DNA of 64,000 nucleotides from Methylophilaceae bacterium. GTDB lineage: Bacteria; Pseudomonadota; Gammaproteobacteria; Burkholderiales; Methylophilaceae. Below the pieces are notes generated by a model, which was given only the letters and a program-made list of their open reading frames with translations, was not told where the DNA came from and ran no database searches. This document shows, piece by piece, positions 36,003-45,378 of this stretch; position 1 is the stretch's first letter; each line of letters opens with the position of its first letter. A program made the position numbers and the translations under genes. The stretch covers positions 25,958 to 89,957 of the forward strand of contig DATBRG010000019.1 in the NCBI GenBank assembly GCA_036560445.1, in the 5' to 3' direction.

Positions 36003-37034
36003 TTACACTCCGATTTTCTGTAATGAAGTATCTGGTTTAAAGGCAACACAATCGACACCGGCATCAAAGCCGCGAATGGCTACGGTACCAATATCTCTTG
36101 CTGTTGGGGTGTGAAGACGCGAGGTTAAGTTTATTTTGTTGGTGGCGATCACTTCTCCGGCATTGGCCATGCTGCAGAGACGGGCTGCGAGGTGAACAGT
36201 AGCGCCGATCACATCGTATTGTTGCCTTTGTCCTGCCTGATTGGAGTCACCGATGAATCCCGCGAGCACCAGACCCTCTGCCACGCCGACACCGAAGGGC
36301 ATACTATCCTGGCTGGTGCTGCGTGCGAGTTCGAGACCACAACGCAAAGCCAAATATGATCTGCCCATACCTCTGAATATTGCCATGACACCATCGCCGG
36401 TGTATTTGACGACAGCCCCCTCGAATTGGTTGATATGCCGTGCTTGCAGGCTTAGAGATTGATTCAGTAATTTGAAAAATTTACGTGGTGGCAGGTGTGT
36501 GATCGCTTCTGATGAGCGGCGAATATCGGTAAAAAGTATAGCCGCCTCAAACATCTCAGCTTCATCGGTGTGATCGCCATCAATCGCCGAAATTGCACCT
36601 TCCGGCAACAGGTTAGCCAAACGCTCAGCCCTTGTCTCAAGAACGCGCGCTGCATATCTTGCTTTGACCAAGTCGCCTAATGACATAAAAAAACGCTCAT
36701 CTGAAAGCGGTTTTTCTATGACGACGTCTACACAGCCGGTTTGTTTGGCCCAGGCCCGCACCGACTTCATGGCAGGGCCCGCTGAAACAATCGCCATGAC
36801 CGCCGTCTGAGGTGCAATGAGCTTGACCGCACTACAATTGATCAAGCTGTCCGGCTGGTGAAAGTGATAATTAAAGATCACCACATCTGGCTTTGATTCG
36901 GTGATTGCCTGATGTAAGTCTAGGCTTGCAGATATTCTGGTTATATTGTCAAAACCGCGTTGTTTCAAGTCTTCAATTAGGATTGAAGAAGTGTACTCAT
37001 CGCTATCGATCAAAAGTAGTTTTGCGTTTTTCAT
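36003..37034 (-). CDS. Pseudo-receiver (REC-like) + class III adenylate cyclase
   Basis: 343 aa. The REC fold keeps Asp10/Asp12 and a K-P motif (EKPL), but Asn55 sits at the phospho-acceptor position (VVIFNYH). The cyclase domain has metal Asp170 (LFTDIR) and Asp214 (TGDGVMAIF), and the Lys210/Asp274 adenine-specifying pair. His281 replaces the usual Asn (GATVHLAARL). Confidence 0.8.
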   Translation of the reverse strand: MKNAKLLLIDSDEYTSSILIEDLKQRGFDNITRISASLDLHQAITESKPDVVIFNYHFHQPDSLINCSAVKLIAPQTAVMAIVSAGPAMKSVRAWAKQTGCVDVVIEKPLSDERFFMSLGDLVKARYAARVLETRAERLANLLPEGAISAIDGDHTDEAEMFEAAILFTDIRRSSEAITHLPPRKFFKLLNQSLSLQARHINQFEGAVVKYTGDGVMAIFRGMGRSYLALRCGLELARSTSQDSMPFGVGVAEGLVLAGFIGDSNQAGQRQQYDVIGATVHLAARLCSMANAGEVIATNKINLTSRLHTPTARDIGTVAIRGFDAGVDCVAFKPDTSLQKIGV

Positions 37035-37160
37035 AAATCATTCAAGTTAAGGTTGGCGCTGAAAGAAGTTAGCCACCGCCATCGGACAAGCTGAACGCAT
37101 GAAAAATTCAAATTCGTGCACTAAATATTATGACTATAATGATAATGCGGCTCTAGCGAC

Positions 37161-37223
37161 ACCATATCTTTGCCTTTTTATCCGGGATTGTGTTCGTTGC
37201 TGACCAATCGGAATGCTAGTTCA
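37161..37223 (+). repeat. Copy B of the ~62-bp imperfect direct repeat
   Basis: ACCATATCTTTGCCTTTTTATCCGGGATTGTGTTCGTTGCTGACCAATCGGAATGCTAGTTCA. Lies 127-189 nt upstream of the cyclase start. Confidence 0.7.
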
Positions 37224-37275
37224 CTCAACTAGCCTTTGATCCATACATCTACATGCATGATTAGGAATCTCGCGT

Positions 37276-38028
37276 TCAGGTCCCCGGCTTGCATTGTCGA
37301 TTAACTTCGGACTGAAGTTGGCTAAATCCTGCGGTGGCTCCTGTCGCCTCGGCAAAGGGGTTGGACTCGACATACAAGATATTTTCCATCGTTCGCTCCC
37401 CGTAATGCTTGGATAGCTCTGTAGCCCTACAGCCACAAGCTTCTTGCGCCTTTTCCTGGCCCGGAAGGCTTTCCACACAGGTCTCGATCATTTTTGCTGT
37501 GAATGTTGGACTCCAAGGAGTGTTGTTGCTTGCATCAGTACCTGTTACCGCGCGAGCTTGAGAGAGCAAGGCATACATCATTTCAACGCTCGCATGCAGT
37601 TTGCCCAAGGCGTTGACTTGGAGCATGTCTTGGTGAGCAATCCCGAGCGTCTGTGGGTTTACCTTGAAGCTTGCCGATAGTCGCGGCTGGTCTGGCAAGC
37701 TGTAGCCTTGAGAGAAAAGCAAAATCTGCTTGGCCGGGTCTTTATCCAGAATTTCATGTGCCTCATTGAGGTCGTCCATTGGTAGACTCATGTTCATGAT
37801 TGCCTCATAACCACCCGTATCTGAGGGTTCCTTCGCGATAACCTCGAGCTTGATACGTTGATCGTTGTAGGCATGTTTAAACGCTGGTGGTATACGTTCC
37901 AGCATATAGGTGGCTTCTGTTTTTTCCAACTGGGCAAGCCCCTCTGTACTTAAACATGGCGCAGCCACAGCCTGAGTCGATGTAAGAGCGAGTAGAAAAA
38001 TGAAAGCGGCAGTAAAGCGAATCATCAT
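37276..38028 (-). CDS. Exported hypothetical protein (250 aa)
   Basis: Signal peptide FIFLLALTSTQAVA/AP and several Cys (APC, ETC, ACGC, RQC). I recognise no family. Confidence 0.6.
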   Translation of the reverse strand: MMIRFTAAFIFLLALTSTQAVAAPCLSTEGLAQLEKTEATYMLERIPPAFKHAYNDQRIKLEVIAKEPSDTGGYEAIMNMSLPMDDLNEAHEILDKDPAKQILLFSQGYSLPDQPRLSASFKVNPQTLGIAHQDMLQVNALGKLHASVEMMYALLSQARAVTGTDASNNTPWSPTFTAKMIETCVESLPGQEKAQEACGCRATELSKHYGERTMENILYVESNPFAEATGATAGFSQLQSEVNRQCKPGT

Positions 38029-38036
38029 GAACTTCC

Positions 38037-38570
38037 TTACTTCAGCGTCGGTATAAGCTGATTCATGATTTCGGGATCATCTGGCTCGGTAGGGGTGGGA
38101 AAACTTTGCACCTTCGTTCCATGCTCCGTAATCAGGAACTTGTGAAAATTCCATAACGGCTCCTGGCCAGTCGCTGATTTGAGCTGCTTGTAAAAGGGAT
38201 TTGCGTTTTTCCCGACAACGGAACTGCTTTCGACCATAGGAAACTTCACACCATAAGTCAGCTTGCAGAAGCTGCCGATTTCCTTGTTGCTCGCGTATTC
38301 CTGACGGAAGTCGTTGGAGGGAAAGCCGACTATCAACAGCCCTTTTTCCTTATACTGGCTGTATAACTTCTCCAACTTATCGAACTGAGGAGTAAAGCCG
38401 CACTTACTGGCGGTGTTGACCACCAGAATAGTGTTATCCCGATACTGACACAGGTCCAGTTTGCCGCCTTGTAGTGTACTGAACTGATGATTGAGCAGCG
38501 CCGGACATTCACCTGCATTCGCAAACCAAGGCAACATCAAGCTGAACAAAGCCAAAATGGTGTATTTCAT
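38037..38570 (-). CDS. Periplasmic glutathione peroxidase homologue (Cys type)
   Basis: Start moved to MKYTILALFSLMLPWFANA (38570). Motifs NTASKCGFT, FPSNDF and WNFHKFL indicate the GPx/BtuE family. The 278-aa track ORF would run over the cstA start. Confidence 0.85.
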   Translation of the reverse strand: MKYTILALFSLMLPWFANAGECPALLNHQFSTLQGGKLDLCQYRDNTILVVNTASKCGFTPQFDKLEKLYSQYKEKGLLIVGFPSNDFRQEYASNKEIGSFCKLTYGVKFPMVESSSVVGKNANPFYKQLKSATGQEPLWNFHKFLITEHGTKVQSFPTPTEPDDPEIMNQLIPTLK

Positions 38571-38757
38571 CTGGATTTCTCGTATGAATTTTAATGATGA
38601 GGTTGAGCATGTTTGGTAGGTGCAAGTTCCAACGCATCGTGAACATGATGCTCTCCCAGCTGATCTACGTCCCATTGCGCCTTGGTAGGTAGCTACCCAA
38701 TTATGGGTTAGTCTGTTTATACTTAGGGACAACTTTGATTCTATACCTGCCAACAAC

Positions 38758-40827
38758 ATGAAAAAATATCTTAAACCACTGATATGGCTAATTTTGGCTG
38801 TGCTTGGTGCAGCTGCACTTGGCGGCATAGCCCTGCACCGTGGTGAAAGCATTAATGCACTGTGGTTCATCACCGCGGCAGCCTGCGTTTATGCACTTGC
38901 CTATCGTTTCTACGCGGCATGGATAGCCGCCAAGGTACTAGTGATTGATGAGACCCGCGCTACCCCGGCTGAACGGTTGGATAATGGTCGCGACTTTATC
39001 CCCACCAACAAGTGGATTGTCTTTGGACATCACTTTGCTGCGATTGCCGGCCCTGGCCCCCTGGTTGGTCCGACGCTAGCGGCTCAATTTGGCTATTTGC
39101 CAGGCACCCTGTGGATATTGATAGGTGCCGTACTGGGCGGTGCCGTGCAGGATATGGTGACGTTGTTCCTCTCAACCCGCCGTGATGCCAAAAGCCTGGG
39201 CCAGATGGCACGTGACGAGCTTGGGCCCATCGGTGGTGCGGCAGCGTTGATAGGTACCTTTGCCATCATGATTATTCTTATTGCTGTGCTCGGGCTGGTG
39301 GTTGTTAACGCCATGAAGCACAGCCCGTGGGCCACTTCTACCGTGGCAGCGACCATCCCGATTGCGATGATAGTTGGTCTTTACATGCGTAACTTTCGCC
39401 CTGGACAGGTACTGGAAGCGTCGGCACTCGGTGTTGCCTTATTATTACTGGCTGTCGTAGGTGGTGGCTGGGTAGATCATCACGCAAGCCTGCGCGGCTT
39501 GTTCGACCACGAGGGGTTGACGTTGGCTTGGTGGATCATCGGTTATGGTTTTGCTGCTGCGATTCTGCCGGTCTGGTTGTTACTGGCGCCGCGCGATTAC
39601 CTCTCCACCTTCATGAAACTCGGTACGGTAATCCTACTCGCCATTGCCATCGTGATGTTGCAGCCGCATGTGAAGATGCCAGCGCTCACGCAGTTTACTG
39701 ACGGCACCGGCCCTATCTTCGGCGGCAAACTGTTTCCGTTTGTATTTATTACCATCGCCTGCGGCGCTATCTCTGGCTTCCATGCGCTGATTGCCTCTGG
39801 CACCACACCCAAGCTATTAGCTAATGAGCGCGATATTCGCATGATAGGTTACGGCGGTATGTTGCTGGAATCGTTCGTTGCCATCATGGCGATGATTGCC
39901 GCTACCGTACTTGACCCCGGTGTATTCTTTGCCATCAATAGTCCGGCGGGTATTGTTGGCAAAGAGGCAGTGGATGCAGTTGCCAAGATTTCTTCATGGG
40001 GCTTCCCCGTGACAGTAGAGCAGATGCAGATTCTGGCCAAGCAAATGGGTGAGGCTACGTTGTTTGCCCGTACGGGTGGAGCCCCATCATTGGCGGTGGG
40101 TATGGCTAGCATCTTTGGTAGTGCCTTCGGCCAAAGCCTTCTGGCACTGTGGTACCACTTTGCCATCATGTTTGAAGCCATATTTATCCTTACCACACTG
40201 GATGCCGGTACGCGCGTCGGTCGTTTTATGTTGCAGGATATGTTAGGTAACATCTGGCCTAAACTGGCGCAGACCTCCTGGATGCCATCGGTGTTATTGA
40301 CCAGTGGCCTAGTGGTGGCTGGCTGGGGTTATTTTCTTTACATCGGGGTCATTGATCCGAATGGTGGGGTGAATATCCTGTGGCCACTGTTCGGCATCGC
40401 CAACCAAATGCTGGCGGCCATCGCTTTGTGTGTGGCGACGGGCATCCTGATCAAGTCTGGCAAACTCCAGCATGTTTGGATTACCGGATTGCCATTGGCA
40501 TGGCTCGTCACTATCACCACTACGGCAGCCTGGGAAAAGATCGCCAGTAGCGATACGCGCGTCGGCTTCTTTGCTGCTGCTAATGACATGGCAAGCAAAC
40601 TCGCTGCTGGTAGCCTGCCGCCAGAAAAGGCGGCAGTAGCACCTCAGCTTATTTTCAACCAGCATTTAGATGCCTGGCTTACACTGTTCTTTGTAATTGT
40701 ATTGTGGACGGTGATTTTCGATATGTTACGTGTTTGCAGCCGTCATCTGGCCAGTAAGCCGGTGCCGCCATTGACCGAATCGCCGCATATTCCAAGCCGT
40801 CTGGTGGAAGATTGGGTGAGGGATTAA
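38758..40827 (+). CDS. cstA: Carbon starvation protein A (peptide/pyruvate transporter family)
   Basis: 689 aa, multi-TM, with the HFAAIAGPGPLVGPTLAAQFGYLPG signature. Confidence 0.9.
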   Translation: MKKYLKPLIWLILAVLGAAALGGIALHRGESINALWFITAAACVYALAYRFYAAWIAAKVLVIDETRATPAERLDNGRDFIPTNKWIVFGHHFAAIAGPGPLVGPTLAAQFGYLPGTLWILIGAVLGGAVQDMVTLFLSTRRDAKSLGQMARDELGPIGGAAALIGTFAIMIILIAVLGLVVVNAMKHSPWATSTVAATIPIAMIVGLYMRNFRPGQVLEASALGVALLLLAVVGGGWVDHHASLRGLFDHEGLTLAWWIIGYGFAAAILPVWLLLAPRDYLSTFMKLGTVILLAIAIVMLQPHVKMPALTQFTDGTGPIFGGKLFPFVFITIACGAISGFHALIASGTTPKLLANERDIRMIGYGGMLLESFVAIMAMIAATVLDPGVFFAINSPAGIVGKEAVDAVAKISSWGFPVTVEQMQILAKQMGEATLFARTGGAPSLAVGMASIFGSAFGQSLLALWYHFAIMFEAIFILTTLDAGTRVGRFMLQDMLGNIWPKLAQTSWMPSVLLTSGLVVAGWGYFLYIGVIDPNGGVNILWPLFGIANQMLAAIALCVATGILIKSGKLQHVWITGLPLAWLVTITTTAAWEKIASSDTRVGFFAAANDMASKLAAGSLPPEKAAVAPQLIFNQHLDAWLTLFFVIVLWTVIFDMLRVCSRHLASKPVPPLTESPHIPSRLVEDWVRD

Positions 40828-41007
40828 ATGTTAACCAAACTAAAATCAATCTGGCGTGGCATACGCCGTCTTTCAGGCGATGATGCCTATGAGCGCTATC
40901 TTGTGCAATACGCCGAGCATGGGCACGAAGGGCCGCCACTTAGCAAAGAAGAGTTTTTCAAGGAGTGGCAGGACGGCAAGTGGAAAGGCGTCAAGCGCTG
41001 CTGTTAG
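40828..41007 (+). CDS. YbdD/YjiX-family small protein (DUF466), CstA partner
   Basis: Hand translation: MLTKLKSIWRGIRRLSGDDAYERYLVQYAEHGHEGPPLSKEEFFKEWQDGKWKGVKRCC, 59 aa. The ATG follows the cstA TAA directly. One residue under the track cutoff. Confidence 0.8.
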   Translation: MLTKLKSIWRGIRRLSGDDAYERYLVQYAEHGHEGPPLSKEEFFKEWQDGKWKGVKRCC

Positions 41008-41020
41008 CGCTGGCCCTGGT

Positions 41021-41626
41021 TCAGGCCTCTATCAAACTATACAGTAATGGGGCGAGTGCGGTCGGTGGATTGATGATCTTCAACGCGGCCTGGCGGCCTT
41101 GTGGAGACATCTTATTCAACGTTTTGCGCAGGATATCGATAAACTTTGCCTCGTCATAGCCCTGATGCGACGAGACAAATTCCTCGAGATAGCTTTCGAG
41201 AAATACCAATACCACAACGTCTTCCAGCATCTGCACTTCGGGGTCGGTTTTCAGCCCCTCCTTACGAATTAATGAACAAACCCGGACGATAGCGGCATTG
41301 TCATAGCCCGCCTCTTGCAGCACCGCTTCAGCGGTTTCTGCGTGAAAGTTCCTCAAGGCTACGCGCCATTGATGGTAGCCGGGCTTGGTCATGGGATAGC
41401 TCGTACGTGCGATCTTCCAGCGCTGGATGTGCTGGCACCTGACAGCCAGTTGCAGGGCTTCGGAGGCTTCTGCTGTGTAGCGCTTCAGCATCTCGCTCAT
41501 GCGGTCTGCATAGAGTAATTCCTTGGCGTACGTTTTCCCGGCCACAACTTCATGGTTGGGGTCTTCTGCATTCAATTCATCAAAACGTGCAATGGCCTGG
41601 TTGAAGCGGTTCTGGTTTGCAATCAT
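41021..41626 (-). CDS. DUF4202-family protein
   Basis: Start moved to MIANQNRF (41626). The longer track ORF overlaps lgt. The sequence resembles conserved DUF4202 proteins (by memory). Confidence 0.6.
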   Translation of the reverse strand: MIANQNRFNQAIARFDELNAEDPNHEVVAGKTYAKELLYADRMSEMLKRYTAEASEALQLAVRCQHIQRWKIARTSYPMTKPGYHQWRVALRNFHAETAEAVLQEAGYDNAAIVRVCSLIRKEGLKTDPEVQMLEDVVVLVFLESYLEEFVSSHQGYDEAKFIDILRKTLNKMSPQGRQAALKIINPPTALAPLLYSLIEA

Positions 41627-41640
41627 TGCGATAGACCTGA

Positions 41641-42420
41641 TCAGGATTGTTTCTTGGCCATGGCCAGCATAGTTATGCCGACTAGTACCATGGGCAGGCT
41701 CAACCATTGCCCCATGCTCATGCCGAGCGCCAGGGTGCCCAGAAAACTGTCCGGCTCACGCGTGAATTCCACCAGGAACCTAAAGCTGCCGTAACCGATC
41801 AGGAACAATGCCGATACAGCCCCGACAGGGCGTGGTTTGCTGGAGTACCACCACAGCAGGCCGAATAGCACTATACCTTCGAGGCCAAACTCATAAAGCT
41901 GGGAAGGGTGACGCGCCACATTATCTACTTTTGGGAATACCATGCCCCAGGGCACGTCAGTTGCGCGGCCCCACAGTTCTCCGTTGATGAAGTTTCCCAT
42001 GCGTCCGGCACCCAAGCCTATAGGCACCATGGGAGCAACGAAATCCATGATGCTGAGCCAGCGTTTGCCAGTCTTGCGAGAAAACCACGCCATGGCAATC
42101 AGTACGCCGAGAAAGCCGCCATGGAATGACATCCCGCCTTGCCATAGTGCAAAGGTTTCCAGCGGATGATGGATGAAATAGCCAGGCTGGTAGAACAGCA
42201 CGTAGCCCAAGCGGCCGCCTAGAATAACGCCTAGCGCTCCGTAAAACAGGATGTCGTCTACATCGCTCTCTTGCCAGCCGGTCTGCGGGCCATGTTTGGC
42301 GCGCCATTTGCCTAGCCACAAAAAAGCCAGGAAACCAGTCAGGTACATCAGGCCATACCAGTGGATGCCCAATGGGCCAAGGTGTATTGCAACGGGATCG
42401 AATTGTGGGTGTACGAGCAT
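41641..42420 (-). CDS. lgt: Prolipoprotein diacylglyceryl transferase
   Basis: 259 aa. [21 protein letters not shown] and [14 protein letters not shown] are Lgt signatures. Confidence 0.9.
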   Translation of the reverse strand: MLVHPQFDPVAIHLGPLGIHWYGLMYLTGFLAFLWLGKWRAKHGPQTGWQESDVDDILFYGALGVILGGRLGYVLFYQPGYFIHHPLETFALWQGGMSFHGGFLGVLIAMAWFSRKTGKRWLSIMDFVAPMVPIGLGAGRMGNFINGELWGRATDVPWGMVFPKVDNVARHPSQLYEFGLEGIVLFGLLWWYSSKPRPVGAVSALFLIGYGSFRFLVEFTREPDSFLGTLALGMSMGQWLSLPMVLVGITMLAMAKKQS

Positions 42421-42506
42421 GTTGGAGACAGTTTTGAATAATGGAGTAAAATACTCAGATTATACGTACATTTTCTGTTTGGCTTTGTTTCTGATTAGAG
42501 GTCGTT

Positions 42507-44357
42507 ATGCCTGAATACCGTTCCCGAACTACCACCCATGGCCGCAATATGGCCGGCGCAAGAGCCTTATGGCGCGCCACTGGCATGAAGGATGAGGATT
42601 TTACCAAACCAATTATTGCTATCTCCAATTCCTTTACCCAGTTCGTACCTGGCCATGTACACCTGAAAGACTTGGGCCAGTTGGTGGCGCGTGAGATCGA
42701 GCGTGCTGGCGGTGTCGCCAAGGAGTTCAACACGATTGCCGTGGATGATGGTATCGCCATGGGACATGGCGGCATGCTGTATTCACTGCCAAGTCGTGAC
42801 TTGATTGCCGATAGCGTTGAATACATGGTCAACGCTCACTGTGCAGATGCGTTGGTATGTATCTCCAACTGTGACAAGATCACCCCTGGTATGTTAATGG
42901 CAGCGTTGCGTCTGAATATCCCGACCGTGTTTGTTTCCGGCGGCCCGATGGAGGCTGGTAAGGTTAATTGGCAAGGCAACACGCACAAGCTGGACCTGGT
43001 CGATGCCATGGTAGCTGGCGCCGATAGCAAGGTTTCAGATGCTGAGTCTGATGCCATCGAGCGCTCTGCCTGCCCTACCTGTGGTTCCTGTTCTGGCATG
43101 TTTACCGCAAATTCCATGAATTGCCTGACTGAGGCTTTGGGTTTGAGCTTGCCAGGTAACGGCAGCACGCTGGCTACGCATGGCGCGCGTAAGGAGTTGT
43201 TCCTCAAGGCCGGTCGTTTAATCGTGGACCTGGCCAAACGCCATTATGAACAGGATGATTACTCAGTATTGCCCCGTTCCATAGCTACTATGCAAGCATT
43301 CGAAAATGCCATGAGTCTGGATGTGGCCATGGGCGGCTCAACCAATACCGTGTTGCATTTACTGGCGGCTGCACACGAGGCTGGTGTGGACTTCACTATG
43401 AAGGATATTGATCGCATTTCACGTCATGTCCCGTGCGTGTGCAAGGTTGCCCCGGCTACCGCCAAGTATCACATGGAAGACGTGCACCGTGCTGGCGGTG
43501 TCATGGGCATATTGGGTGAGCTCGATCGTGCCGGCCTGATTCACCATGATGCGCATACCGTGCATAGCCCAACCATGGGCGATGCGCTAGCCAAATATGA
43601 TATCAAGGTCACCACGGACGAAGATGTGAAGAAGTTCTACCGCGCTGCACCAGGTGGTATCTCTACTACCATTGCGTTCAGCCAATCGATGCTGTGGCCA
43701 GACCTAGATGATGACCGTGCCGAGGGCTGCATCCGCGACAAGGCTCACGCTTATTCGCAGGATGGCGGCCTTGCCGTGCTGTACGGCAATATTGCAATGG
43801 ATGGCTGCATCGTCAAAACGGCCGGTGTCGATGACAGTATTTTGAAGTTCACTGGCCGTGCACGTATCTTTGAGTCGCAGGATGCTGCCGTTGAAGGCAT
43901 CCTCGCTGATAAGGTAGTTGCTGGGGATGTTGTCGTTATCCGTTATGAAGGCCCGCGCGGCGGTCCTGGTATGCAGGAGATGCTCTATCCTACCAGCTAT
44001 CTGAAATCCAAGGATTTGGGTAAAGTGTGCGCGTTGCTGACTGATGGACGCTTCTCTGGCGGTACATCTGGTTTGAGTATAGGTCATGCCTCACCGGAAG
44101 CTGCGGAGGGTGGCGCGATAGGCCTGGTGGAAGAGGGCGATAGTATAGAGATCGATATTCCTAATCGTACTATCCATCTGGCAGTTTCGGATGAAGTATT
44201 GGCGCATCGACGTGCTGCCATGGAGGCCAAGGGTGATAAAGCCTGGAAACCAGTGGCACGTGAACGTGCAGTATCACCGGCCTTGCGCGCCTACGCCGCG
44301 ATGAGTACCTCTGCAGCACGCGGGGCAGTACGTGATGTCTCGCAAATAGAGAAATAA
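42507..44357 (+). CDS. ilvD: Dihydroxy-acid dehydratase
   Basis: 616 aa with the [27 protein letters not shown]-terminus and [11 protein letters not shown]. Confidence 0.95.
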   Translation: MPEYRSRTTTHGRNMAGARALWRATGMKDEDFTKPIIAISNSFTQFVPGHVHLKDLGQLVAREIERAGGVAKEFNTIAVDDGIAMGHGGMLYSLPSRDLIADSVEYMVNAHCADALVCISNCDKITPGMLMAALRLNIPTVFVSGGPMEAGKVNWQGNTHKLDLVDAMVAGADSKVSDAESDAIERSACPTCGSCSGMFTANSMNCLTEALGLSLPGNGSTLATHGARKELFLKAGRLIVDLAKRHYEQDDYSVLPRSIATMQAFENAMSLDVAMGGSTNTVLHLLAAAHEAGVDFTMKDIDRISRHVPCVCKVAPATAKYHMEDVHRAGGVMGILGELDRAGLIHHDAHTVHSPTMGDALAKYDIKVTTDEDVKKFYRAAPGGISTTIAFSQSMLWPDLDDDRAEGCIRDKAHAYSQDGGLAVLYGNIAMDGCIVKTAGVDDSILKFTGRARIFESQDAAVEGILADKVVAGDVVVIRYEGPRGGPGMQEMLYPTSYLKSKDLGKVCALLTDGRFSGGTSGLSIGHASPEAAEGGAIGLVEEGDSIEIDIPNRTIHLAVSDEVLAHRRAAMEAKGDKAWKPVARERAVSPALRAYAAMSTSAARGAVRDVSQIEK

Positions 44358-44400
44358 ACCAAATCACAAATTAGCGCCATCAACATTATCAAGGTGAACT

Positions 44401-45336
44401 ATGGGCACTCAAACCCTGCAAGCAAAACTATATGAAACTGCTGAAGATGCAGACCAATTAGTGCATCCTCACATCAAACTGACTGAGGACGCCAACGGCC
44501 TGCGCTTTATCGAGATCGACAATCCGCTGGCGACAGCCAAGATTGCACTGCAAGGGGCACATGTCATTCATTGGCAGCCCAAGACGGAAAAACACCCAGT
44601 GTTATGGCTATCTGATCATGCGCGTTATGTGCCGGGCCGCTCCATCCGTGGCGGGGTGCCTATCTGTTGGCCATGGTTCGGTGCACATCCGACGGATAGC
44701 ACGCTTTGCCCACATGGTTTTGCACGTGTCATTCCGTGGCAATTGCTTGATTCAGACACCACAGATAGCGGCGCTACGCGCCTGGTACTGCAAATGATGG
44801 AAACGCCGGAAGCCAAGCGCCAGTTGTCTTACCCTTATGTGCTGACTATTACTATCACTATAGGCAAGCGCTTGAAGATCGATCTTGCTACCACTAACAA
44901 GGCTGCTCACCCATTTATCATTGGTGAGGCGTATCACACTTATTTGAATATCAGCGATATCGCCAATATTCAAATTGCTGGGCTGCAGGATTGTGTCTAC
45001 GCGGATAAGTTACTGGATTACTCCCGTAATGTGGAGCATGACACGCTGACATTTAATTCGGAGTTTGATCGCGTCTACCTTGATCATAGTGACGACTGTA
45101 TTTTGTACGATAGCGGCTATAATCGTAAGATCCGGGTTGCAAAATCAGGTAGTGACACTACTGTAGTATGGACCCCATGGGCAGACAAAGCTCATAAGAC
45201 TGGTGATATGGGCAATGGGGATGAATGGCGCCACATGATTTGCATAGAATCGACCAATGCCATGGAAAACTCGGTGGTCATCAATCCTAACCGTACTCAT
45301 GTTTTGAGTGCTGAATACAGCGTCGAGTCACTCTAG
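44401..45336 (+). CDS. D-hexose-6-phosphate mutarotase (aldose 1-epimerase family, YeaD-like)
   Basis: 311 aa with IRGGVPICWPWFG and HGFAR motifs. Confidence 0.75.
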   Translation: MGTQTLQAKLYETAEDADQLVHPHIKLTEDANGLRFIEIDNPLATAKIALQGAHVIHWQPKTEKHPVLWLSDHARYVPGRSIRGGVPICWPWFGAHPTDSTLCPHGFARVIPWQLLDSDTTDSGATRLVLQMMETPEAKRQLSYPYVLTITITIGKRLKIDLATTNKAAHPFIIGEAYHTYLNISDIANIQIAGLQDCVYADKLLDYSRNVEHDTLTFNSEFDRVYLDHSDDCILYDSGYNRKIRVAKSGSDTTVVWTPWADKAHKTGDMGNGDEWRHMICIESTNAMENSVVINPNRTHVLSAEYSVESL

Positions 45337-45378
45337 TCGGTATTACCCACAACCAGTCTTTCAGCGGGGGTTGATCTC

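Noticed and set aside
38571-38757. cstA-GPx divergent intergenic region, searched for a CRP site (TGTGA-N6-TCACA) because of the nearby cyclase
   Set aside because: The best candidate (CGTGAacatgaTGCTC) is a poor match. A 10-bp palindrome GGTAGCTACC is present, but it is too short to interpret.
38571-38873. N-terminal 101-codon extension of the GPx ORF
   Set aside because: The extension has no signal peptide logic and overlaps the divergent cstA start (38758). The internal Met at 38570 gives a canonical signal peptide.
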